The notes beneath the pieces were generated by a model that worked only from the letters and a program-made list of their open reading frames with translations, was not told where the DNA came from and did not search any database. Positions 1-11,475 of a stretch of DNA of 64,000 nucleotides are shown here, piece by piece. Origin of the DNA: Trypethelium eluteriae (taxonomy: Eukaryota); assembly GCA_051942245.1 (NCBI GenBank), contig JAVECL010000047.1, forward strand, positions 1-64,000, in the 5' to 3' direction. Each line of letters starts with the position of its first letter. Position 1 is the first letter of the stretch. The position numbers and the translations under genes were made by a program.

Positions 1-942
1 ACCTTGTAACAATCGTCTGCAAAATTAGGGAGCTAGGACACGCCTCGCAGCAAAAGTTTAGCATACTGCTACGGAAAGCACCTCCACTGGGTGAGCCTAG
101 AATTCAATCAGTTGACTTCTCAGGGCTACAAATTTCCCATACCAGCCCTTAAATGCGAAACCTTCAACCTAACTTCGATCAACGAAGATAATGGAATCAT
201 TTACAAACGAAGATGTCATCCAAACAGTATGCCCTGCCCCAGTCATGTCATGGTTTGTCCAAAACGCCCCGCTAAAAATTCTCAACTAGCTGCGAGCCAA
301 CCTGCGCATTGCAGCTGCAACTTTTGGCGAGGAAAGCGCCCATTTTCAGGAACTGAGAGAGATGGTCCATGAGCATCTCCGTCAGATAAATCAGGCCCCT
401 GCACCACGTCCTTCAAATCTAGCCTCGATGTCGTCCTCGCCACTCAACGCAAGTTCAATTCCAAGTAGGCCTGGCAACGCAGGGGCGCATGCTTTCAAGA
501 ATCTTGTTTTCCGGCCAAAGCCTTCTTCTTGAGACCCAAGTGGAGCTTAAATACACAAGATCCAGGAGATTGATAGCCATCCTGGGTGACAACACCCCGA
601 ACCCGTGCGCCAATACCCTGTCGTGCAGGAAGATTGCTCAACCCTCAGAGCGCAGAAGCACTTTGATAAGCATAGAAGGCCGGTCTCGCCATACCGCGCA
701 GGAGAAGGCCTAGAAAAGTCCAGGGGCTGACCTATTCATATCGCTAATACGATGCAAGATCCTGAAAAAACATGATTTCGTAATGTCGTAGCATCTGAGG
801 CGCAAAGCGGAAGGCTGGAAAACTTCTCAAAGGATAGCGTCGCTTGCTGTGCACGCCTTTTGGTCAGCTATCGGACCAGATCCGAATGCGTCTCGATTGA
901 CTCCTTGGAAGCTTTGTTCATAATAATCGGCTGCGGGTCCAT

Positions 943-2280
943 TCAATCAATTAGAGGCTTTCGGTGTCCGCCGACGACCGCCATTCCAAGCTTTTCGAGC
1001 CCATGTGGATCACTCGCTCGGGTGATTGAGCTTGCGGGAAGCATTGGATTGTCAGGAGAGACTTGAGCAGCGTCTTTCGCCGCCTGCTCGATAGCTTCCA
1101 TTTCCTCTTTGCAGCCGGCGTGATCAAATGGGCAGACAACGATAGGTTGGCGGATCAAGATATCCCTTGCGCTAGACAGTTTCGCCTAGATGATAGTCAG
1201 TTTAGAGCTTCAAATAGATATATAGCTTCATTTTGAAATTCGATGCGTACTTTGACGGTGAGGTAAAACTCGATCTTGTATAATGTACCCGTCGTCGTGA
1301 AACTGCTCAAAGCGTAGGTAGGAAATTCCTTCTTTCCTCTTGGTACAATACCCTCATTGTCCCTCAAGTCTTTCGCTGGAAAGATTAATCCCAGATTGGT
1401 GAAATATCCGGCTACGGGTAATTTAACCCCTACCGACTGCGACTGTTTGGCCAGCGTCTTGACTTTTGTAGTAGGCTCGTCTCCTTCATGGTTGTATGTG
1501 ATTTCTTCCTCGATACCCACCGTAATCTGCTGAATGGTAACTTTCCGTGCTTTTGATAACCAATCCGGATTGGGCGATAGCTTGATATACACACTCACTG
1601 GATCCAGAGGACCGTAGGACCATCTGGGAACGGAGATGCCAAGCGTGACAATGTGGTCCGTTACTCCCTCTGCTGATTCGGGCCGATTGTACATTCCAAA
1701 CGTCGAAAGGGTATCATACCGCGATATTGGTACTGGGAAAGCGTATTTTCTCTGATCTTGATGGCCTTGCTGTACTGTGACTACAAGCTCATAGAATGTC
1801 TCGGCGGTTCGACTCCCTAGCTGTAGACTTGCCGGCGGTACCCTTCTTGCCACTTCCTCACCCCCTCGGCCATACGGGATAAAGATGACGAACGGTAGAT
1901 CCATAGACAGTACGCTTTCATGCTCTCTGCCTCCTGGACATCGAAACAGTAACATCTCTTTGCCAACAATGTCTGTGATTTCTTTCCTTGGGGCCGCTAA
2001 ATGCTTCTTCGCCATTGAATCTGCAGCCGGATGTATCGATTCACGTCGTTGAAGGGCTATCGTGACAAGGGAGACCTGAACAGGTGCAGAGTAGCCGACC
2101 AGAGGGCGGATCTCAACTTTGCCTTCGATTCGAGGCTATTGAGTAGTCAGTCCGTATTACTTTTCATATCAAAGCATTCTGGTAACCAAAGCGTGCACAT
2201 ACCAAAGTCGCCGATATGCCTGGGTAGCCCACCAGGAAGTTGCTATTTGGGGGTCCAGAGACCCGCACAAATGCGGTCAT
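943..2280 (-). CDS. Arrestin-like (arrestin N-domain) protein, 3 exons
   Basis: ATG 2280 (MTAFVRVSGPPNSNFLVGYPGISATL), GT-AG introns 2202-2136 and 1250-1186 join ORFs 1197-2015 and 943-1158 in frame; sequence pattern typical of the conserved fungal arrestin-domain family. Confidence 0.75.
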
Positions 2281-3088
2281 CTTCGAGTCCTAGGCGGTCT
2301 TCTCTGCGGTGTCGGGGACATCTGCTCCTGCGACGCGACCAGCACCCTTTGGTCCGTACAATGCCTTCCCCAGTGCGACAGGTCCCAAGTCGATGAATTG
2401 ATTTTACAGACCGGCCTGACACTTCAGATCTGCGATAGTGCCAGTCGCGTCGACTGCGCAAGCCCGACCGAGCTAGCAGCCAGGGGTTCGGGTCGATTAG
2501 ACTGATCGGCCTCGAGCTAAGGTGGGGAGTTGGAGAGGTTGTATGCAAGCTGAGAGTGGATGATAGGACGGCGCGACTTGGAATAATGCGCGAGAATGGA
2601 TACTGCTTTTTGGAGCTATGGCGCATAAAGAGTAGGAGGTGTGGAAGCGGTACGTAGAGTTAGTAGTGTCGAACGCTTAGGTTCCATTTCGGTTGGTAGG
2701 CCTTGAGGCTGAAGATGATGATGGATGCTGATAGCTCCACCACTCCGCTGTCCGCCGCCCGCTAGGCCTACTCTACAACAATTCTGATTATCACAATCAC
2801 AATCACTCCTCCCCGCAGAAATATTTGCAGTCTATACCTCGATTGATCCGAAGCAGGTGGGCACCGTACAATGCTGATACAGGTGAACTGCGTGAGAGTC
2901 GTTGCTCACAGGTACACGGTCAACGCTCGTTACGAATTCCACGCGATCATTCACTAGCGTGCTGCACTACTTAGGTATACATTCACGCGCAGCAGCCCCT
3001 TCGTACTTTGTTCATTGCGTACCTTACTGGTCGCCTGAACACATTCTGCTTCACTTCAACGAAGAATCGCGCCTCAGCAAGTAGCGCG

Positions 3089-3729
3089 ATGTCGGTCACG
3101 GTAAGAATTACGATCCCTCCGCTCTCTCTTGTCTACCTTGGGAGATAATCGGACACTCAAGTGTACTAATGTGAAGATAGCTCCATACAGATCTCGGAGA
3201 CTTGAAAATCGAAGTATTCTGCGAAAGCGTGCCAAAGACAGCTGAGGTCTGTCAACCAACAAGCATGATGCTGTGATCTATGAGTTCCTTCGCTAACGTT
3301 GGGTAGAACTTCTTGGCCCTTTGCGCCTCATCATATTACAATTCTTCCCTATTCCACCGCAATATACCATCGTTCATAGTACAGACTGGCGCTCCCGCGA
3401 AACCCAATCCAGATCCCAAGCGCAACCCAGGTGTCTCAATCTGGGGTACCCAGTTCGAAGATGAGATCAAGCCCGCGCTGAGACACAACGGTCGAGGGAT
3501 TGTGAGCATGGCGAACAAGGGTCCAGATACGAATAATAGCCAGTTTTTCATCTGCTATGCGCCAGCGCCTCATCTAGACGGCAAAAATACCGTATTCGGC
3601 AAGGTCATTGAAGGCGCAGACACAACATTGGATTCACTGGAGCACTTGGAAAACGATGCGAAGGGGAGACCAAAGGACAAAGTCACTATCAAGAGCGTTA
3701 CAATACATGCGAATCCACTTGCCGGTTGA
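3089..3729 (+). CDS. cyp10: Cyclophilin-type peptidyl-prolyl isomerase PPIL3/Cyp10
   Basis: Exons 3089-3100 (MSVT), 3181-3246 (LHTDLGDLKIEVFCESVPKTAE), 3307-3729 (NFLALCAS..FHRNI..SMANKGPDTNNSQFFICY..HLDGKNTVFGKVI..IHANPLA). Confidence 0.92.
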
Positions 3730-4141
3730 GGTATTATCTCAACGTTGATTGTGTCCCGCGTCACTTCCCGTTATCATGGCCAGGACGCAGATGGGTCAGT
3801 TTCCGACATTAGAGACTATGTATCAGACTAGGATACCCAGGCGATGCGCCGAAACGTTACCGAGACCTCTGCCATCCGCTTATCTCGGTCCAACATACAG
3901 GCACAAGCCTTGGGATGCGGGCTCAGTCTCCAAGTGATCAAGCCTGTCACGTCAGAAGCTCATAACTGACCTCAGAACAAGATTTTGAAGAGCATAAGGA
4001 CTGACCCGGGGTGTCGAAATCAGTCGTCATACTGTACTTTCCGTCAGCGGTCTACTACCTTCAGTCGCCAACACGATCTGGACAGCCGCGTTGCGCTGAA
4101 CACTTAGGTGAAGGAAAGAGGACCCCTTATCCAGGGGCTTC

Positions 4142-4339
4142 GCAAATGCCGCCCAGAGATACGTGCCTTTCGAACGTCTCACCAATGCGGCAATTGTTGG
4201 CCTGCGAAAATGTTGGGAAACAATTTGTTGTTGGACGTCTGTCCAATGTGACAATGATCATTTTCTAACATTTTCGGAGGCTAATAATTGACGCAATGGT
4301 AAAATGTTTTGAAAGTACCTATCTCTAGGCAGCATTTGC
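4142..4339. repeat. Long imperfect inverted repeat / fold-back hairpin
   Basis: 4142-4220 aligns ungapped with the reverse complement of 4261-4339 at 61/79 positions (hand count); inner TTGGAC/GTCCAA (4231-4246) closes a 4-nt loop. Confidence 0.92.
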
Positions 4340-5160
4340 CTTGAAATGAACTTGAATTGGAATATCCAGTTGAGATACCAACTACATGTACCAGAGGCGA
4401 TTTTCATTAAGCCGTCCGCAAGATTGTCTTTCCGCCAGCTTTCGGTTTGGCTCAGAAAGGGAGGGCACCGCAAAGGACAAGGGGCGAATCGAAGTGCGGC
4501 AGAGGATTATGGCCTTCCATGTAGGTAGATTCGTTTCAGAAATCAAAGACGGTCTAAGAATTGCCATCACTGTTGATTGAACTTGGGGTAGATCATTCGA
4601 CCTATCTAAGATACGCAGTCTTCGTTGACCAAGACAAGTGATACACCAGTCACGCCCACTCGCCTGCGCAATACCTTGACTAGGTCTGCTTCTAGCAGCA
4701 GATTTGGCACATGTAGCGTGTTGAGCCTACTACAAGGGTGTTGCTCAATCTCCCACTCCCTTATCCAAAACCTGGATCAGGTTAAGCATATTGATTCTTG
4801 ACACATTTGCTTGATATTTGAATCTGAGATCTATATCGTAAGACATATCCCGATGAACCGTCGGGAACGATACCACTAAGCTCATACCGCGACTCTCTTA
4901 ATCTCCCACTGCGTATGGGCTAGGTAGAATGAGCTTACTGTAGAGTAGCATCTTTCCACCCTCCATGGAGACCGGATATCAAGGAGACGATGCTCCTTAA
5001 TCAAGCTCAGTACGTAGCGCGAAGTGCACTCGAGATTACGAGCTATTCCCTCCGTGCATGCGTAGCTTGTGGAGAGAAAGGATGATACCGTATGCTCTAC
5101 AAGACATTAGCGTAGAGGATGAATGAGATCCGTCAATTATGAAGACAACCTGGAGGTATG

Positions 5161-6750
5161 TCATCCAGCTATTTCCTTGTCGTCCTCCTCTTCATAGTCC
5201 TCAGTCTTGATATCTTTCAGACCCAGGTGCTCTTCTTCCTCCTCGGTCCTTGCATAGTCTTCTACCGTGATCTGCTCGTCAGGGTCTGGAGCAGTGTAGC
5301 TCTGCACGTAGCTCGCTGCAAGTGGATCTTCGAGGATGCATGTGAACTCCAACTTCCCATCAAGTGCTTTCGACATGTTCCCAAAGAATTTATCCCATTT
5401 AACCTTCTCCGTCGCAGCCATAGAGTCGCCGCCCTCATAGCCCTCACCCTCGGCGTCAAAGATCTGGCTCCGAAGATCGTCCCTCACCTGGCTCAAGAGA
5501 CCCTCGACTGTGGTGAAACGCCCGCCGAGAGTACCGGGCTCCACGTTGAGGCCCAGTTCCGGGCACGCGAGGGCGCAATTCTCCGCTTTGAGGATGTCGC
5601 GCTTCAAGTCTTCCGCACCTCTGACCTTGAGAGTGATGCGCCGCCCTTTTTCCGGCACGCCTCCGCCAGACTTCACCTCGTTGGTGCGATAGCCGCAGGC
5701 GTCGCACACGGTGCTCATGATGACGACTTCGGAGAAGTGGGGGATATTCACCATCTTCATGTGCGTGACGCAGGCGTGGCTGCATCCAGGACACTGGGTG
5801 GGAAAGTCATAGACCTTTCCTTCAACGATATCATCGTCTTCGACGTCTTGATCGAGAGCACCGTGGCCCGTAGGCAGGTCCGGGACCATGCCGGCTGCAT
5901 GGTATTCAGGACGGATCTCGGTTTTGGGGGAAGCGTCGGCGGCGTCGGAAGCGTCAGCGAGGCCTAGCTTGGAGTTTTGCTCGGCCGAGCGCTTGTACTC
6001 AGTCTTCTTATATTTACCACTTTTATCTTCAGCAGATGGTTCGATCCACGAATTTCCAGCTGGATCATCCACGGAAATCGCAAACGGCAGTCTGTTCCCA
6101 CTTGCCATGTCTTTGAGCGATTCTATGACTTTTTCAATCGCCTCATACGCTGCAGCATCGGCGAGCTTTCTCTCAGGTTGTAAGGCCGCCAGATCTTGCG
6201 AGACCATGCTTAAAATGCCCTCCACATTGGTGAGCTGACCACGTCCGGCAGGGATCTCAAGCTGGATGTCTGGAACCTGAACCACACATGTGTCGCTCTT
6301 TACAATCTGTCGCCCAAGATCCTGCTTCTGATCGACCGCCAGCGTGTAGGTAGCACCTAGCTGCTGGATCTGCCCTGCAAATTGGATCTCGGAGTTCTTG
6401 AAATGGCAGTGGGAACATTCGAAGGACGTGATAACAATTTCACGGAAGAATGGTATCTTCGTCAATAGAAGTTTAGTGATGCCCTGGACAAATACTTAGT
6501 TTCGATGCTCAACGGAAGAGTTTCGCTGCAGAAAGCCTACATCCTCATGACAGTTCATACAGAGGCTTTCGATCTCTTCCACGCCCTTTTGTTCGTCAGA
6601 ATCGTTCGCTTCGGAATCTTCTGTTGTCTTGCCATTCAAAGACATTCCTTCAACTTTACGGCCCATATCCTCGAAGAGGTCAGCTGCAACGGACTTAGGC
6701 TGAGACCCGCCCTCAATAGTTGCTGCTTTTTGTAGGGTATCCTCTGCCAT
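5161..6750 (-). CDS. ZPR1: Zinc finger protein ZPR1
   Basis: Two ZPR1 repeats (ESLCMNCHEDG..TKIPFFREIVITSFECSHC; CPGC..NIPHFSEVVIMSTVCDACGYRTNEVKSGG; GRFTTVEGLL); intron 6540-6484. Confidence 0.95.
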
Positions 6751-7243
6751 GATATTTGCTCTTGCTTTTTTTCAAGATGACAGATTCTTTTTTGATTATT
6801 ATGCTCAGAGAGCTTTGTTCAAAGAGTTTTGATACCGAGTAAATGCTGTAGTGCTCGTAATTTCAGCCGAGTTGATGCGTGAAGGTGGGATTTATCTATG
6901 CCGTCAACCGAGGCAAAGGGATAGTATGTCAGGTCCGAAGGGTAGTCAAATGATGTGAGTCGAAGTGTGTACTGTTCGAGAGCGCGTCTGGGCAAGTGAC
7001 GAAGAAGCAAAGGTCGGGCTTGCTTGAATGAATTTTTCGCAAATTTTGGATGGCAATGACGTCCCCACGATAGAGTACTTGCCCCACCAAAAAATACAAT
7101 CACCAAATATTGCCCCGCCACAAGAAGTACCTAATTACCTCCGACAAGGGCTATGATTAGCGCCATCCAACTGAGAATCCGGTCGGAAGAGTTGCGCTTG
7201 TCAATTAGAAGAAGCCGAATTTGAATGATAGAATGACTGCATG

Positions 7244-7846
7244 TTAACCCTCTTTCATCAAATCCATGAGATCAAGCCCAAAATCGTTAGTCGTGGTGGA
7301 CCCATCAGTCTCAGCTTTGCTCTTTGCGAGCATAGCTTGTAGGCTTCCTTGCTTATGATCTCTCCGCTCCCTGCTACTAGTTTTCTGGGATAGCGGGCCA
7401 CGAGCTGTTTTGGAAGTCAAAGAATCGGGGTGTTCAGAGTCTGGAGAAAATTTTTGGGGTCCCCCTGATGTTGGTGCTTTCGATTTTCTCCCTGTGTAGA
7501 TGTGCTCTGCGCCCGAGATTGTAATATTTGAACATCTACTGCACCTTAGAGATGTTCGCTTGACGATTTTGTTGCTATTGGCTGATGAGTCTGAGGCGAC
7601 GGGAGTCTTTCGTCTTTTCCTGTTGGCATTATCGTTGACATGACTATGGCATCCAATAAGTAAATTATTGCCACATGCTTGACAGACCTCCTGATATCTA
7701 GTGTTGGGAAGAGTGATCTCAGCAGCATGTGCCAAGCTGTCGCACCTCGATTCTAGGAATGCGGCCACTGCTGGGGAAGACAAGGCGAGCAACTGCGCTG
7801 ACTTATGCAAGTATTTTATTCTTGATTGTGTATGTAAAGTGGTCAT
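7244..7846 (-). CDS. RNase P/MRP subunit Rpr2/Rpp21/Snm1-family protein
   Basis: Single exon; N-terminal RIKYLHKSAQLL helix, CQACG and CSRC zinc-ligand pairs, basic tail, C-terminal GLDLMDLMK typical of the fungal Rpr2 family. Confidence 0.72.
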   Translation of the reverse strand: MTTLHTQSRIKYLHKSAQLLALSSPAVAAFLESRCDSLAHAAEITLPNTRYQEVCQACGNNLLIGCHSHVNDNANRKRRKTPVASDSSANSNKIVKRTSLRCSRCSNITISGAEHIYTGRKSKAPTSGGPQKFSPDSEHPDSLTSKTARGPLSQKTSSRERRDHKQGSLQAMLAKSKAETDGSTTTNDFGLDLMDLMKEG

Positions 7847-8089
7847 TGCACTTCGCACGAAAGAGGTCAACAAGCTCGGGTACTTCTCGTGGTAGGTTGA
7901 TGGACGTGTTGCGCATCAGGCAGGAGAGAGAACCAGTGTGTGCTGTGAAGAGGTGAGGACAACCGAAAGCCCTTCACTTCTTTCAGCATCAACCATCCTC
8001 CAATTCGGTAACCAACAATAAATGGTTGTAAGAAAATGGACCGCCCTCCGTCATTAACTTGCGAGGCTTGACAGAATAACATTTTTAAG

Positions 8090-9941
8090 ATGGCCTTGCG
8101 CATCGCTATCGAAGGCTGTGTATGTTTGGCAGACTTTAAACACCAGCGTAACTCAAAGTTAATATTACTCGTAGGGCCATGGCACCCTGCACGCGATTTA
8201 CGCTTCGGTTGAACAGAGCTGCAAGAGCAAAGGTTGGGATGGTGTCGATTGCCTCATCATAGGCGGAGACTTTCAGGTCCGTGAGTGTAAATACAGTGCA
8301 GCCGATCGAAAAAACTCAGCTGGCTAGGCAGTGCGCAATGCATACGACATGAACTGCTTAGCAGTGCCAGCCAAGTATCGCGAACTTGGTGACTTTCATG
8401 AGTACTATTCTGGTGCAAGAGAAGCACCCTACCTCACCATCTTCGTGGGAGGAAACCACGAAGCAAGCAACTACTTATGGGAGCTCTACTACGGCGGCTG
8501 GGTAGCACCGAAAATCTACTATCTCGGTGCTGCAAACGTGATTAGACTTGGTCCGCTACGCATTGCAGCTCTTTCAGGAATCTGGAAAGGGTATAACTAC
8601 AAGAAGCCACATTACGAGCGACTGCCTTTCAACGAGGACGACATCAAGAGCATCTATCACATTCGGGAGCTGGATATTCGAAAACTGCTGCAGCTTCAGA
8701 CTCAAGTCGATATTGGCATAAGCCATGACTGGCCTCAAGGCATCGAGTGGAAGGGTAACTGGAAGCAACTTTTCAGAAAGAAAAAGGACTTCGAAGCTGA
8801 CGCTCGGGATGGAAGACTTGGTAGTGTCGCCGCGAAGCTGGTCCTCGATAGGCTCAGACCGGCATACTGGTTTAGCGCACATCTGCATATCAAGTACTCG
8901 GCCATAGTTGTGTTTCATTCTGATACAGGGTCAACGCACCAACAAGTGGAGGGGATGAACCTCGCCTCTGATAAAGAATCGCTCACGGTACCGGCAAACA
9001 GCGACGAGATAGACCTACACGTAGACAACGATCATCACGACGCAGCAGCAGGGAATCGCTTACAAAAGCAGCCTCTTCGGAACGACGACGAAATTGATTT
9101 GGATATGGGAGAAGAAGAAGAAGCTCCTGCTCATGCTTCAGAGGAACCCGAGGTATCAGATAGAGAAAAAGACGCGAGACAAGCTGCAGTTCTGGACTCT
9201 GATCAGAACAGCGCCAAAAATGCATCTCACTCTTCCGGGATGATGGCTTCAGACATTCCGGCCGACATCCGCGCTCAACTTCCGGCAGCCTTCAGTTCCC
9301 GCATGGACAATCAAAAGTCAATTGAACCTCCTGCAGAGATTCGGAACAGTACAACGCGCTTCCTGGCTCTCGATAAGTGCCTACCACGGCGAGACTTTCT
9401 CCAACTGATGGAAATTGCACCCTTGCATGAAGAGAAACTGGAGAGATCTGTGGGACTGGAATACGATAAGGAATGGCTGGGCATCGTTAGAGTCTTTGCC
9501 GATAAGCTAATCGTAGGCGATCCTTCCGCATCCGTGGCTCCTGATGAAGGTCAAGAATTTTACAGGCCACTGATAGCCAAGGAGGAGGCGTGGGTGGAGG
9601 AGAATCTTGTCCAGACGGGGAAGATGAGCGTCCCTCATAACTTTGAACGGACGGCGCCTATATTTGACCCAGCTCAAGGTACACGGGTCAAGGGGCAACC
9701 CCGCGAATTCAGCAATCCCCAGACGAAAGCATTTTGTGAGCTTCTACAGATCGCCAACCCGTTTCATGCGACAGATGAGGAAATTCTGGCAAGGGCCGAA
9801 GCTGGCCCGAGACCGAACACCGCACGACCGGACGGAGGCGGGCGCTGGCGAGGATCGTCTCGAGGTGGTTTCGGAAGAGGTCAAGATAGGAGGGGTGGGA
9901 TGAGGGGTCGAGGCAGTGCAAGAGGACAGAGACGTGGATGA
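8090..9941 (+). CDS. DBR1: RNA lariat debranching enzyme
   Basis: MALRIAIEGC|GHG, GGDFQ, GGNHEASNYLWELYYGGW, SHDWP, FSAHLH and TRFLALDKCLPRRDFLQ motifs; two short 5' introns. Confidence 0.95.
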
Positions 9942-10615
9942 CTTAGGCTTACCTACATGGGCAACGACGGGCATGACATGGCAATCGGGTGGCGGACAAG
10001 CTGACGACAAAGCAAACGTGGACCAGCAAGATATTCGCTCGGCTTACCGTAGAGCTTAGATTAGAACAAACGGCACAAAAGTTTCGAAACCAAAGTAACA
10101 TGTCGCCTTGTTCGGGTCCCTTAAACAGATGGCCAGTCTAGAACATGCAATACCAAGGTTTGAGACGTAGGATTCATTTAAGAGGTTGCATTTGGTGGCG
10201 TTTAAAGTTGGGTTTACCAGGTGTGCGGCTCCGCCTGCCCTGCGTCAGAACCCGAACAACCCCAATGACGCAAGCGATCGACGTCGCTAGGGTTATGGCA
10301 GGCGCGGCTCAGGGTCCAGTTCCAAAAAGATTCACGATAATCCCAGCATGCCGGCCTTCGCCAATTCAGATTGCAGCTAGCCGACGATCCCGGTGGATCC
10401 TTCCACCTTCAAACGTGTTTTCGTCACGGCAGTTGGTCAGCCTTTCAATGTTGCGACTGCTGTCATTCCACTTGTTGGCAGTCTCTAAAAGCCGCCTGCC
10501 TCGGCGTTTGGCTTCTATCTGTAAGTAGGCCTCTTTCTCTTACACAGTGAATCTGGTCAGGCTTTTCCCTCTTTCCTACCTATACACGATACCGTCAAGT
10601 CACCAAACTCTCGCA

Positions 10616-10843
10616 ATGACGGCCTCCAAGTTTGTGGAGATCCTCGACACCTCTTCCGCAATGGCTTCTACGCACTCAAGACCAAGTCTGGACGACATCA
10701 TTGCTGAGAACCAGAGAAGATCTCGAAGCTCCTCAGGAAGTCTCAGTGACAGAACATCGAGCGGCACTTCTAGCCCTACCGAGCCAACCCCCAAGATGAA
10801 GCCGAGGCGATTTACTCTGAGTGCGAAGTCTTCGAGACGATAG
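10616..10843 (+). CDS. Small Ser-rich hypothetical protein (75 aa)
   Basis: ATG in GCAATG context after a pyrimidine-rich leader; MTASKFVEILD start resembles a small conserved Pezizomycotina protein (from memory). Confidence 0.55.
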   Translation: MTASKFVEILDTSSAMASTHSRPSLDDIIAENQRRSRSSSGSLSDRTSSGTSSPTEPTPKMKPRRFTLSAKSSRR

Positions 10844-11475
10844 AACGGCGTTAGCATGAGGGTTTCAACACAGCAACGATTTTCAAAAGTCTCTTCCTGC
10901 CTCGAAATGAGGACGTCTTAGAATTGTCGATCATATTCTACAAAACAAGAATACATATGGCTCTGTCTATCTATGCTTCTGCAAGTGCTTCAGGCATCCG
11001 GAAAAGTTTTCGAGAACACGTCAATGATTAAGGACATGGGTTAAGGGTCGAGCCAATCATTCTGAACGTGTGACACCGACGGTTGATGATAAATTGAGGC
11101 AGAGCTGCTTCTGACCCTCTTTGCGAAAGTAGCTATTGGGTCATCAAGCAATTTGCATCTTGATAGCAGGGCAGTGGGACCTGAGTCGAGCCGAGGACCA
11201 CGATGCGTCTATGCAGGCCTATGGAACTGGGTGATCGCCCAGGCGGAGGTCGGGCTTAGCTATGAGTGGAAGTGTTACAAGGGGAACGAATAACAAAGTA
11301 TGGAAACGAGATCTTCTCTATGTCTGCATATGTCTTTGTATCATACTAAGACGCGACTGGGTGTTATCAACCAGCTTAATCGAATAAGATATAATTCAAT
11401 CTTACAACTTTTGCCCTCCTGTTACCCCCTCCGCTTTTCCAACCCTGCCCCGTCAAGCACCTCTTCTCCTCCCCA

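Noticed and set aside
1..900. Short ORFs at the window start
   Set aside because: No recognisable product or exon structure
4011..4473. Two opposite-strand ORFs with similar peptides (..MRQLLACENV / LRQLLASENV)
   Set aside because: The similarity comes from the inverted repeat; mismatches show no third-codon-position bias
4875..5010. Two adjacent weak hairpins resembling an H/ACA snoRNA
   Set aside because: No properly placed ANANNA hinge or ACA box found on either strand
5158..5967. 269-aa + strand ORF
   Set aside because: Antisense shadow of GC3-rich ZPR1 codons; no recognisable motif
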